A stretch of 64,000 nt of DNA from Bacteroidota bacterium. Its GTDB lineage: Bacteria; Bacteroidota; Bacteroidia; Flavobacteriales; Weeksellaceae. Every line of letters begins with the position of its first letter. Position 1 is the first letter of the stretch. The position numbers were made by a program, and so were the translations under genes. The notes beneath the pieces were generated by a model. It had not been told where the DNA came from. It ran no database searches and saw only the letters and a program-made list of their open reading frames with translations. Below are positions 41,235 to 49,948 of this stretch, piece after piece. The stretch spans positions 2,515 to 66,514 of the forward strand of contig JAEXBA010000019.1 of NCBI GenBank assembly GCA_023457935.1. The letters are read 5' to 3'.

Positions 41235-42124
41235 ATCCTGAAAAAGAAAAATGGCTCTTACTCCTTGTCCTGTCGGTAATCTGGGGTTCCTCGTTTATTC
41301 TGATTAAAAAATCGCTTGATCATTTTAATCCGTATCAGGTTGGAGCGCTGCGCGTGTTAATTGCGGGAATTCTGTTGTTACCGGTTGCTATTCCGAATAT
41401 TAAAAGTTTTCCGAAGAAACAGTTGAAATGGCTTCTTATTGCCGGCATTTCGGGAAATTTTATTCCGATGTTTCTTTTTCCTATTGCCGAGACCGAAATC
41501 AGCAGCAGCATTGCAGGAATTATCAACTCAATGATGCCGATATTCGTGATTATCGTCGGTGCTTTACTGTGGAAGTTTTCCACCACAAAAAAACAGATTA
41601 TCGGTGTTATTATAAGCTTTAGCGGCGCGTGTATTCTTGCTCTAAGCGGTCATGAAGGCGGAAACATTAAATTCTTTCCAATATTTCTGCTTCTTATTGC
41701 AACACTTCTGTATGCCGTCAGCACAACAACCGTGAAATCAAAACTCAATAATATTCCTGCCAAAATCCTGTCGTCTTACGTATTTTCTTTTGTTCTGCTG
41801 CTTCCTTCACTGATTGCTTTGGTCCTCAGTGGCTTTTTCAATGATTTTAAAGGGACAGAATCCGATCTGATCGGACTTGGATTTGTTTCTCTGCTTTCAA
41901 TTTTCGGAACCGGACTCGCAATGATGCTGAATTACCGTCTGCTGAATATTTCCACGCCGCTGTTTGCGTCAACGGTAACACTTCTGATGCCTGTTGTTGC
42001 AGTAATTTGGGGCGTTTTAGACGGTGAAAAATTAACATTAACCCAATCTTTCGGAGGACTGATTATTCTTGCCGGACTTTTATTTTTGCGCTCAAAACCC
42101 GCTGCCAAGCATAAAATTTCCTAA
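41231..42124 (+). CDS. EamA/DMT-family transporter
   Basis: 10 TM segments in two EamA-like halves. It overlaps aat by 4 nt. Confidence 0.75.
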   Translation: MNPEKEKWLLLLVLSVIWGSSFILIKKSLDHFNPYQVGALRVLIAGILLLPVAIPNIKSFPKKQLKWLLIAGISGNFIPMFLFPIAETEISSSIAGIINSMMPIFVIIVGALLWKFSTTKKQIIGVIISFSGACILALSGHEGGNIKFFPIFLLLIATLLYAVSTTTVKSKLNNIPAKILSSYVFSFVLLLPSLIALVLSGFFNDFKGTESDLIGLGFVSLLSIFGTGLAMMLNYRLLNISTPLFASTVTLLMPVVAVIWGVLDGEKLTLTQSFGGLIILAGLLFLRSKPAAKHKIS

Positions 42125-42147
42125 CTTAACTCCATTAAAATCAGAAT

Positions 42148-43308
42148 ATGGAAGTATCAATATCGGATCAGTTGGTCTCAATACGCCGTCATCTTCATCA
42201 GATTCCTGAAATCGGGTATCAGGAAACCGAAACGTCAAAATACATCTGCGAACAGCTTGATCTTCTGGAAATTAGCTATCAAAAAGGATTTGCAGGAGGA
42301 ACCGGTGTTTTGGCAGAAATTTCAAAGGGAAAAGGAAAAACAGTTTTACTTCGGGCAGATATCGACGCGCTGCCAATGCAGGAAATTACCGGTCTGGAAT
42401 TCGCTTCCAAAAATCAGGGTGTGATGCATGCCTGTGGACACGACATGCACACGACGATGCTTCTTGGGTCAATAATGAAGTTGAAAGATGCTGACTTTGA
42501 GGGAAAAGTTAAATTTATTTTTCAGCCGTCTGAAGAGGGAACCAACGGAGATAAGGAAAAAAAATCCGGCGGACAGAGGGTTGTAGAGGAAGGCGTTCTG
42601 GACGGTGTTGATTTTGCTTTGGCTTTACATGTAAATCCGCTTGCTCCGGTTGGGATGCTGAACTACACACCGGGAACCGCCCTTGCCTGCGCCGGAAATT
42701 TCACTATTGAAGTTTTCGGAAAATCCAGTCACGCCGGTGCGGCACCTCATCTTGCGATTGATGCGGTTTTGATAGGAACCGCGTTGGTTCAGGCGTTCCA
42801 GAGCATAGTCGCAAGAAATGTAGCCCCGAATGATGAGGGCGTGGTTTCTGTTTCATCTTTTCATGGCGGAACGGCACCAAATGTTATTGCAGATTATGTG
42901 AAAATGACCGGTACACTCCGCGCAATGACCGACGAAAATTTTGAAATGATCTTGGGCAAAATCAAGCAGATAATAGACGGAATTTCAAAAGCTTATGGCG
43001 CGGAAATTAAGTTTACGCTCGACAGCCATTACCTGAGCGTTATCAACGATCCTGCTGTTCATGAAAGACTGGAATCTGTAGGAAATTCAGTTTTTAAAAT
43101 GGGTTTACATCCGATTCCGCCCACCTTGGGCGCCGAGGATTTTGCTTTTTACTCCAGAAAAGTGCCTTCAATGTTTTATTTTATCGGTGCGATGAGCGAG
43201 CAGAAAGGCGAATTTTTCCTTCACCATCCGAAAGTGATTTTCAATGAAGACTGTATGGTTTTGGGAAGCAAATTTTTGGCTAAATCGGCTCTGGAGCTTC
43301 TGAAATAA
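42148..43308 (+). CDS. M20-family amidohydrolase (N-acyl-amino-acid amidohydrolase-like)
   Basis: HQIPEIGYQE, MHACGHDMH and FQPSEEG metal-binding motifs. Confidence 0.8.
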   Translation: MEVSISDQLVSIRRHLHQIPEIGYQETETSKYICEQLDLLEISYQKGFAGGTGVLAEISKGKGKTVLLRADIDALPMQEITGLEFASKNQGVMHACGHDMHTTMLLGSIMKLKDADFEGKVKFIFQPSEEGTNGDKEKKSGGQRVVEEGVLDGVDFALALHVNPLAPVGMLNYTPGTALACAGNFTIEVFGKSSHAGAAPHLAIDAVLIGTALVQAFQSIVARNVAPNDEGVVSVSSFHGGTAPNVIADYVKMTGTLRAMTDENFEMILGKIKQIIDGISKAYGAEIKFTLDSHYLSVINDPAVHERLESVGNSVFKMGLHPIPPTLGAEDFAFYSRKVPSMFYFIGAMSEQKGEFFLHHPKVIFNEDCMVLGSKFLAKSALELLK

Positions 43309-43352
43309 GGAAAATCCAGGTTTCTCTATTCTCTACGGTTCATAAATAAAAA

Positions 43353-43381
43353 CTCCGGCTGCAAGCAAGCTACGGCCGGAG
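43353..43381 (-). terminator. terminator after the 58-aa ORF
   Basis: CTCCGGC/GCCGGAG stem followed by TTTTTATTT on the minus strand. Confidence 0.55.
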
Positions 43382-43402
43382 AAAACTAATTATTGAGAAC
43401 TG

Positions 43403-43579
43403 TTATTTTTGTGTATATATCATAAATGCGAAAAAAGCCAATGTAAGAGATAGTCCGCTATAAATCCATACTTTGGGATTGCTTGGAGAAAAACTGGTTA
43501 TCATCAGCATATAAACCACAAGCAGGGAAGACAGTGCGAAAAAAGCAGCGGTTATTTTTTTTAAGTTCTTGGTTTTCAT
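43403..43579 (-). CDS. 58-aa two-TM hairpin membrane protein (below the ORF-track cutoff)
   Basis: Hand translation: MKTKNLKKITAAFFALSSLLVVYMLMITSFSPSNPKVWIYSGLSLTLAFFAFMIYTQK. It is bracketed by two hairpin terminators. Confidence 0.45.
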   Translation of the reverse strand: MKTKNLKKITAAFFALSSLLVVYMLMITSFSPSNPKVWIYSGLSLTLAFFAFMIYTQK

Positions 43580-43595
43580 AATATTGTTTTTTTAT

Positions 43596-43625
43596 GAAAA
43601 GTTCCGCCGCTTTTCACGGCGGAAC
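43596..43625 (-). terminator. rho-independent terminator after the orphan secreted-protein gene
   Basis: Perfect 9-bp GC-rich stem GTTCCGCCG/CGGCGGAAC with a 7-nt loop, followed by TTTT on the minus strand. It starts 2 nt after the stop codon. Confidence 0.75.
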
Positions 43626-43627
43626 AT

Positions 43628-44071
43628 TTAGTCATGGTTAATTGTCATCAGAGTATCCCCTGCAACGTTATATTCTCCTTTTTTATAGATATCCTTGCTG
43701 GAAAGGAGAATCTCGTACGTGTAAATTCCTTTGGGTAAATCAAAGGTACATTCCTTTGTATCTTTCTGGATCACAAGCTCCTTTTTGATCTCTTCATCCT
43801 CAACTTTTCCGTTCAAGCGGACGGTAATTTTTTCGTCCATCTTATTCTTAAAGCAGAAGCTGTCGACTGATTTGGAATTGGAATTGGATTTGTCTCCAGG
43901 TCCTTTTAGGGCTTGATAACCCTGTATTAATAGGTTTCCGATTAAAATTCCACGGTCAAGATCCGATATTTGGTTAACCTGCGCTTTGCTAAATGTTACT
44001 GCTGTACATGCAACAAAAAAGAGCGACACTTGACACGCCGAGAAGCGCAAGTCCACCAATTGTGTTGTCAT
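43628..44071 (-). CDS. orphan secreted protein or lipoprotein with a small beta-rich C-terminal domain; start uncertain, possibly the 3' part of a frameshifted gene
   Basis: From M19 of the 165-aa ORF: MTTQLVDLRFSACQVSLFFVAC... is signal or lipobox-like. The C-terminal part has two Cys and a PKGIYTYEI beta motif. A strong terminator follows the stop. Confidence 0.45.
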   Translation of the reverse strand: MTTQLVDLRFSACQVSLFFVACTAVTFSKAQVNQISDLDRGILIGNLLIQGYQALKGPGDKSNSNSKSVDSFCFKNKMDEKITVRLNGKVEDEEIKKELVIQKDTKECTFDLPKGIYTYEILLSSKDIYKKGEYNVAGDTLMTINHD

Positions 44072-44168
44072 TCCAAGTCCCGTTAAAATTTTCTGTGAGA
44101 AACCAGGCAGAAGCCCATACTGCAAATAGCAGTGGTATTACTCCGAAAATGTTTAGGATTGCTTTCAT
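43989..44168 (-). CDS. 59-aa two-TM protein (below the ORF-track cutoff), overlapping the next ORF by 83 nt
   Basis: Hand translation: MKAILNIFGVIPLLFAVWASAWFLTENFNGTWNDNTIGGLALLGVSSVALFCCMYSSNI. It may be the 5' part of one gene split at the A6/T6 tract at 44015-44020. Confidence 0.4.
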   Translation of the reverse strand: MKAILNIFGVIPLLFAVWASAWFLTENFNGTWNDNTIGGLALLGVSSVALFCCMYSSNI

Positions 44169-44247
44169 GATTTTTGGTTTTAAGAGTTAGTATTTAATGA
44201 AAAAATTCTGTGGTGTAGAGTGTCGTGATTAAAGCTTTGTTCATAAT

Positions 44248-44517
44248 TTAAATTTTATTCTGATTTTGCGCAATTTTTTTGAAGTAGAAGAAGAATAATA
44301 ATGTTATTATCACGAAAAAAGGCATCCCTTGAAACGATAGTATCGTACTTACTTTATGATCATTTATTAAAAAAATAAAATCTTTATACTCTATCGAAAA
44401 AGACTTACTCTTATCCATTTCTAAAAAAGCGCTATAGAACTGTAACAATGCAAGGAATAAGAACAGTAATAGTGAACATATTACTGATTTTACAATGAAA
44501 ATAATATTACTATTCAT
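44248..44517 (-). CDS. 89-aa two-TM membrane protein, orphan
   Basis: Hydrophobic helices at about residues 5-30 and 63-79. The start is 3 nt after the upstream stop; the gene is very AT-rich. Confidence 0.5.
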   Translation of the reverse strand: MNSNIIFIVKSVICSLLLFLFLALLQFYSAFLEMDKSKSFSIEYKDFIFLINDHKVSTILSFQGMPFFVIITLLFFFYFKKIAQNQNKI

Positions 44518-44520
44518 AAT

Positions 44521-45177
44521 TTATTTACTTACAATTAAACCAATGCCATTGGATCTAACTTCGTTTACTGTCGTAATTGTCATATAATCAACATAGATTT
44601 CTTTGCCGTCAACAATAATTGGCACACCACTCGACATCTTGCTATTAAGACAAGTACAATTAAATTCCACTGTGGTCGTATGCTTAGGTGGGTTTCCAGA
44701 AGTGTAGGTATATTTCACTTTAACGCAGCATAAACCAACAGCAACTAAAACAGGCCAAATTTTCTTTTTATTGGAGAGAGTCTTGCTATAAATTAGCTGT
44801 GGTTTTGAGTAAAAAAACTCGATACCTAAGTCAATTATATTAGGACCGCGACTATTAATTTTAGAACTTTTTATTACTTTGCCATCTTTATAAAATTGGA
44901 AAATCATTTCCCCTGAGTTTGATTCTATTGGTTCGATTATTAAACCATTATCGGTTTTTTCAAACTTAACGACTTTATCATTATTATTTTCTGCAAAAAA
45001 ATTAAAATAATAAGGAACATTTTTCTCTGCAGATTCCAAATTCCACTCGTTTTCAAGATGTTCCTTACCAAAAATTTTTGTGGGTTGTTCATCTTTAGGA
45101 AAATCTAGAGTTTGCCCAAAAGCAAAGCTTCCGATCAGTACCATTAATACACTAAATAGTTTTAATAAATTTTTCAT
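44521..45177 (-). CDS. orphan secreted protein with a Cys-containing C-terminal region
   Basis: Signal peptide MKNLLKLFSVLMVLIGSFAFGQ, an internal hydrophobic segment IWPVLVAVGLCCV and a CC...CTC cysteine cluster. I recognise no family. Confidence 0.5.
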   Translation of the reverse strand: MKNLLKLFSVLMVLIGSFAFGQTLDFPKDEQPTKIFGKEHLENEWNLESAEKNVPYYFNFFAENNNDKVVKFEKTDNGLIIEPIESNSGEMIFQFYKDGKVIKSSKINSRGPNIIDLGIEFFYSKPQLIYSKTLSNKKKIWPVLVAVGLCCVKVKYTYTSGNPPKHTTTVEFNCTCLNSKMSSGVPIIVDGKEIYVDYMTITTVNEVRSNGIGLIVSK

Positions 45178-45370
45178 GGTTATTTTTTGTCTTCTCAAAA
45201 ATTAATTTTTTGTTTGTTAATGAGCATCCGGGCGAGAGAAGCACTTGTTTTTTTAACCCGTTGGCTTTTTTGGTTTTTGTTTTTTTGCTGTTTTACAGAT
45301 TTTAGCCGCTGTTACCGCTATCAGGAATAAGGACAATCGCCTGATTGCTCTAGCCTATCAATCGAGCGGT

Positions 45371-46891
45371 GTGGTATTAGTGGAAACGTACGATTATTCA
45401 AAAGCGCTTGAGCACCTACTGTTATCCTTAGAGTATTTTGAGAAGAACGAAAGCAAAGAATGGGTTAATGTATCAAACAACTATATTGGGATCATAAAAA
45501 TGTCATCAGGAGATTATATCGGAGCACAAAGAATTTTTGATGAGACCTATAAATATTACAAGTGGAAGATTGAAACGAAAAATACCATATCGAACAACAA
45601 CCGACTGCTTAGTTCTACTGTTCTGTTAGCGCAAGCAGAAGCGTACCTTCAGAAATTTGATGAAAGCTCCAAGCTGTTAACACAGGCACAATTGTTAATT
45701 GATAAAAACCCGAACCTAAACAGGGGAAAAGACAAATATTACACTGCATTAGGAATAGTTAATCTTCAACAGCATAAATTTTCTCAAGCAATCCAAAGTT
45801 TTAAAAACTCGCTCAGAGAGTCTGCTGATCCAAAAGACAACATTAAAACAAATTTTTATCTAGCTGTCTCATACTGGAAAAACAATCAGCATGAAAATGC
45901 ATTTTCCTACTTTAAAACTGTTGAGAATAAGTTTACCGAAACTTCCAATATGCCTGTAGAGTTTCGTTCAATGTTTGAGTTTTTCATAGAATATTATAAA
46001 AATAAGGGTGATCGGGAAAAACAACTGGAATATGTAGATAAACTTCTTAATTATGACAAGTCATATAATGTAGAGCAGAAAAATATTGATTCCAGAATAC
46101 AGACAGATTACGATGAAAAAAAACTGCTCCAGGAAAAAGAAAAGATTGAAAATAAGAGAATCAAAGAAAGGTGGGCTTTTTCTGCAGCAGTTATTCTATT
46201 GATAATAGGAATTGTTTTCTATTCTATTTATCGCCGCAGAAAAATGCGCGAACAAAGAAGTGAAAATATATCACAGAACCCGAACAGTAGTTCACTTTTA
46301 CAAGATAGTACGCAAAATGAAACTGCAGAAAAACATAAAGTTCCAGAAAACGATAACAATTTTACTGAATCAGACCTTATCAACACAGTGAAAATCATTG
46401 ATAATGAGGCAGAGAACAGCAATTTGGAAAATCCGAAATCAAATGATGATATTGCTAATGTTCCGCTGCCACAAAATACAGTTTTGAAAGAAATAGATTA
46501 TGAAGCCTATCTGCCAATCAATAAGCCAACAGTAAAGCATATTCTTAAAAACTTGGAAAGCTTTGAAAAAAACAAAAAATTTCTTAGAAAGAATATCCGG
46601 CTGGTTGATATCGCAAGCGAATTCAGCACCAACGAAAAATATCTAGCACGAGCTATCAAAGTAAAAACGGGAAAAATATTCAACCATTATATCAATGACC
46701 TTAGGCTGGCACACTTAAAAGACCTCATCAATGAAGACCCTTCCACAACACAAAAAAAAGTGAAGGACATCTCCAATTATTTAGGCTACTCTTCACCGGA
46801 AGCTTTTACTGCGATTTTCCGCGAAAGATTTGGAGTTCCGCCATCGGTCTATTTTAAAGAGGAAACAAATCAAAATGATGATTCCCAGTAG
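45371..46891 (+). CDS. TPR-repeat / transmembrane / AraC-type HTH one-component regulator (5' end apparently disrupted)
   Basis: TPR-like repeats, TM helix WAFSAAVILLIIGIVFYSIY and a C-terminal AraC HTH (DISNYLGYSSPEAFTAIFRERFGVPPSVY). There is only a GTG start, and the frame stays open upstream to 45257. Confidence 0.65.
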   Translation: MVLVETYDYSKALEHLLLSLEYFEKNESKEWVNVSNNYIGIIKMSSGDYIGAQRIFDETYKYYKWKIETKNTISNNNRLLSSTVLLAQAEAYLQKFDESSKLLTQAQLLIDKNPNLNRGKDKYYTALGIVNLQQHKFSQAIQSFKNSLRESADPKDNIKTNFYLAVSYWKNNQHENAFSYFKTVENKFTETSNMPVEFRSMFEFFIEYYKNKGDREKQLEYVDKLLNYDKSYNVEQKNIDSRIQTDYDEKKLLQEKEKIENKRIKERWAFSAAVILLIIGIVFYSIYRRRKMREQRSENISQNPNSSSLLQDSTQNETAEKHKVPENDNNFTESDLINTVKIIDNEAENSNLENPKSNDDIANVPLPQNTVLKEIDYEAYLPINKPTVKHILKNLESFEKNKKFLRKNIRLVDIASEFSTNEKYLARAIKVKTGKIFNHYINDLRLAHLKDLINEDPSTTQKKVKDISNYLGYSSPEAFTAIFRERFGVPPSVYFKEETNQNDDSQ

Positions 46892-46911
46892 TTTATAATG
46901 AATTAAACAAA

Positions 46912-46936
46912 AAATCCCGAAACAGTTTCGGGATTT
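46912..46936. terminator. bidirectional terminator between the AraC-type regulator and the TPR gene
   Basis: AAATCCCGAAAC/GTTTCGGGATTT near-perfect palindrome flanked by an A run on one side and a T run on the other. Confidence 0.7.
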
Positions 46937-46939
46937 ATC

Positions 46940-48310
46940 TTATTTTTTCTTTGCTTTTACATTTTTCGCTTTATCCTTTATAAAAGGGTATTTCTGCTGC
47001 ATATCTTCAAGCATTTCGGGATTAAGCTCCATTGCTTTCTGAAGGTTCTCTAAGCTTTCATTTTCCATCTTTAAATGATGGTAGCTGTTGCTGAGCTGAA
47101 AATAAAGTTCGGCGCGTGGATGCACTTTCAACGCTTCATTCAGAATGGTGATGGCATCTTCATATTCGCCAATCAGCATCATCACTTCTGTGTATGCATA
47201 CCAGTTGTAAAAACGGTTTGGCTCTGCTTTCACGAGTTTTTTCAGACAGGCAAGACTTTCTTCATATTTTCCCGAAGAAATGTACAGAAACGCCAGCCGC
47301 TTCTGATAATCCAGATTGTTGTCGTTAAGCAGTGTGGCTTCTTTGGCAAAATGAAGGGCTTCCTTCATGCCGCCCATTTCTTCATAAATAAAGCTCTGCT
47401 CCATCATCGACATATAGAACTGCGGATCCTCAATCAGAGATTTCTGAAAAGAATTCAGTGCCGGAATCAGCTGATTGAGTTCACGATAACACAACCCGAT
47501 TTTATAAAACGTGAAGCTTTTGGTATATTCCAGCGCAAGCATTTCTTCGTAAACCTCAATTGCTTTTTCCCACTGTTTCTGTGCTTCTAAACACGCTCCT
47601 TTATTGGCATAAACGCCAACGGAATTGGAGTTGATAGCCAAAAGATAATCAAAACCTCTTATCGCTTCTTCGTAATTTTTACGGTTGAAGTAAAACTGGC
47701 CGTACTCGTACCAAGCCGTTTCTGAAAACGGAAACTCGTCGAGATACTGATTCAGAAACTCAATGGCTTCTTCCGGTTTGTTCAGGTCGTTAAAACACAG
47801 CATACTGTTTTCCAGTGCGTATTCGTCCTGTGGGTCTGCTTTCAGGGCAAGTTTGTAGTGTTTCAGTGCGTCAAAAGGATCGCCAAGATTCACCAGTTCA
47901 TCCGCAATGAAATTATGGAGAAAATTCTCCTCTTCTTCCATTTTGAGTGCTTTTTCACAAAAATCAATCGCTCTTCTCGGGTTTCCGAGGTTTGAATAGT
48001 ATTTTGCGCAGCACACCAGAAAATCAAGGTTTTCCTGCGAGGATTCCTTCAGCTCGTCAATAAGGTTTTTGGCCTGACTGTAATCTTCAAGTTCAAGCAA
48101 AACCTCCAGTTTTTTAACTTTTATTTCCTGGGAATTAGGGTGCAGTTTCAGTCCGAAACTTACGGCCTGTTCTGCGTAGGAAATGTCACCAAGTTCAAGA
48201 TAGTAAATAATGATGTCTTCCAGTTCTTCGGTATCGAAGTAGTATTCCTCATTATTCTCAATCATCTGCTCGAATTTTGCAGCGAGCTCATTTTCAAAAA
48301 ATTCTTCCAA
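46940..48310 (-). CDS. tetratricopeptide-repeat protein
   Basis: 456 aa of repeated 34-residue A..Y/W...G...A patterns. The apparent start codon is TTG. Confidence 0.75.
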   Translation of the reverse strand: MEEFFENELAAKFEQMIENNEEYYFDTEELEDIIIYYLELGDISYAEQAVSFGLKLHPNSQEIKVKKLEVLLELEDYSQAKNLIDELKESSQENLDFLVCCAKYYSNLGNPRRAIDFCEKALKMEEEENFLHNFIADELVNLGDPFDALKHYKLALKADPQDEYALENSMLCFNDLNKPEEAIEFLNQYLDEFPFSETAWYEYGQFYFNRKNYEEAIRGFDYLLAINSNSVGVYANKGACLEAQKQWEKAIEVYEEMLALEYTKSFTFYKIGLCYRELNQLIPALNSFQKSLIEDPQFYMSMMEQSFIYEEMGGMKEALHFAKEATLLNDNNLDYQKRLAFLYISSGKYEESLACLKKLVKAEPNRFYNWYAYTEVMMLIGEYEDAITILNEALKVHPRAELYFQLSNSYHHLKMENESLENLQKAMELNPEMLEDMQQKYPFIKDKAKNVKAKKK

Positions 48311-48439
48311 TCGTTATCTCTCCGTCTTTTCAAAATCTGAAATTAGCTTGCAGGCTTTGAAAAACTTCATATTTATTATTAAGTATTCCTAAATTAAGAA
48401 TTCTGATGTAATTAAATCAATTTTTGTGCAAAACTTTTT

Positions 48440-49822
48440 TCAGATCAGACTTCTGATTTTAGCAATAATACTGTCACCAAGTGTATCCGCTTCCTCCTGA
48501 GATTTCGCTTCTGTATAAATCCTGATGATCGGTTCTGTATTTGATTTTCTGAGATGAACCCAGTTTTCGGCAAAGTCAATTTTTACACCGTCAACAGTAG
48601 AAACCTCTTCATTTTGATATTCATTCTGCATTTTGGTTAAAAGGGCGTCAACGTCTATTTCCGGTGTAAGTTCAATTTTCTTTTTGCCCATGAAATAAGC
48701 AGGATAACCGGCACGAAGTTCGGAAACCGTCTTGTTTTCTTTCGCTAAATGCGTCAGAAACAGAGCGATTCCAACCAATGAATCTCTTCCGTAATGAAGG
48801 TCAGGGTAAATGATTCCGCCGTTTCCTTCACCACCGATAACTGCATTTTTCTCTTTCATTAAATTCACCACATTCACCTCTCCTACAGCACTTGCGAAAT
48901 ATTCTGAATTGTGGTTTTTAGCAACATCTCTCAAAGCACGGCTTGAAGAAAGGTTTGAAATGGCTACTCCGTTTTTATGTTTCAAAAGATAATCTGCAAC
49001 GGCAACCAAAGTGTATTCTTCGCCAAACATTTCACCTTTTTCATCGATTAAAGCCAGTCTGTCCACATCAGGATCTACAACGATTCCCAAGTCTGCATTC
49101 TCTTTCTTAACGAGTTCGCAGATGTCGGTTAAATGTTCTTTCAAAGGCTCAGGATTGTGCGGAAACTGTCCGTTTGGTTCGCAGTAAAGCTTTACAACTT
49201 CGCAGCCCAGTTTTTCCAAAAGCGGTGGTAAAGAAATTCCGCCTGTTGAGTTTACAGCATCCAAAACCACTTTGAATTTTTTCTCCTTAATTGCTTCTGC
49301 ATCTACCATTGGTAAATCCAGAATTTTTTGAATATGAATGTCAAACGCATCATCACGGGTTTCGTATTTACCCAAATTGTCCACCTCAGCGTAATTGAAA
49401 TCTTCACTTTCTGCCAATGCCAACACATCAGCACCGTTTTCAGCATTGATGAATTCTCCTTTTTCGTTCAGAAGTTTCAGAGCATTCCACTGTTTTGGAT
49501 TGTGGGAAGCGGTTAAGATAATGCCTCCGTCAGCATTGAGTTCCGGAACCATTACCTCAACGGTTGGTGTTGTAGAAAGTCCTAAATCCACCACATTTAT
49601 TCCTAATCCCTGCAAAGTAGCAGTAACTAGTGAGGAAACCATCTGTCCGGAAATTCTCGCATCGCGGCCGATAACAAGAGTGAGATCTTTTTTACTTTTA
49701 TTGTTCTGCAGCCAGGTTCCGAAAGCGGATGCGAATTTTACCACATCAAGCGGCGTTAAGTTATCGTCTACTTTTCCGCCTATTGTTCCGCGTATTCCGG
49801 ATATACTTTTGATTAATGACAT
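48440..49822 (-). CDS. glmM: phosphoglucosamine mutase
   Basis: SGIRGT, the TASHNP phosphoserine loop, DPDVDR and GGEGNGG motifs. Confidence 0.9.
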   Translation of the reverse strand: MSLIKSISGIRGTIGGKVDDNLTPLDVVKFASAFGTWLQNNKSKKDLTLVIGRDARISGQMVSSLVTATLQGLGINVVDLGLSTTPTVEVMVPELNADGGIILTASHNPKQWNALKLLNEKGEFINAENGADVLALAESEDFNYAEVDNLGKYETRDDAFDIHIQKILDLPMVDAEAIKEKKFKVVLDAVNSTGGISLPPLLEKLGCEVVKLYCEPNGQFPHNPEPLKEHLTDICELVKKENADLGIVVDPDVDRLALIDEKGEMFGEEYTLVAVADYLLKHKNGVAISNLSSSRALRDVAKNHNSEYFASAVGEVNVVNLMKEKNAVIGGEGNGGIIYPDLHYGRDSLVGIALFLTHLAKENKTVSELRAGYPAYFMGKKKIELTPEIDVDALLTKMQNEYQNEEVSTVDGVKIDFAENWVHLRKSNTEPIIRIYTEAKSQEEADTLGDSIIAKIRSLI

Positions 49823-49853
49823 AGTCTTAAGCTTATTTAAAAATAAATTTCTG

Positions 49854-49861
49854 CAAATTTA
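49854..49861 (-). promoter_or_regulatory. -7 box for glmM
   Basis: TAAATTTG on the minus strand, 31 nt before the ATG at 49822. Confidence 0.5.
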
Positions 49862-49948
49862 CGAAAAATGAAACCGGGCGAAAATTAAAATCGATTAACA
49901 AAAAAAACCCGGCATAAAACCGGGTTGATTATTTAGATTTTGAAATTC

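Noticed and set aside
43320-46940. Calling the low-GC islet a mobile element or genomic island with defined ends.
   Set aside because: I could see no integrase, transposase, recombinase, flanking direct repeats or adjacent tRNA, so only the compositional anomaly is reported.
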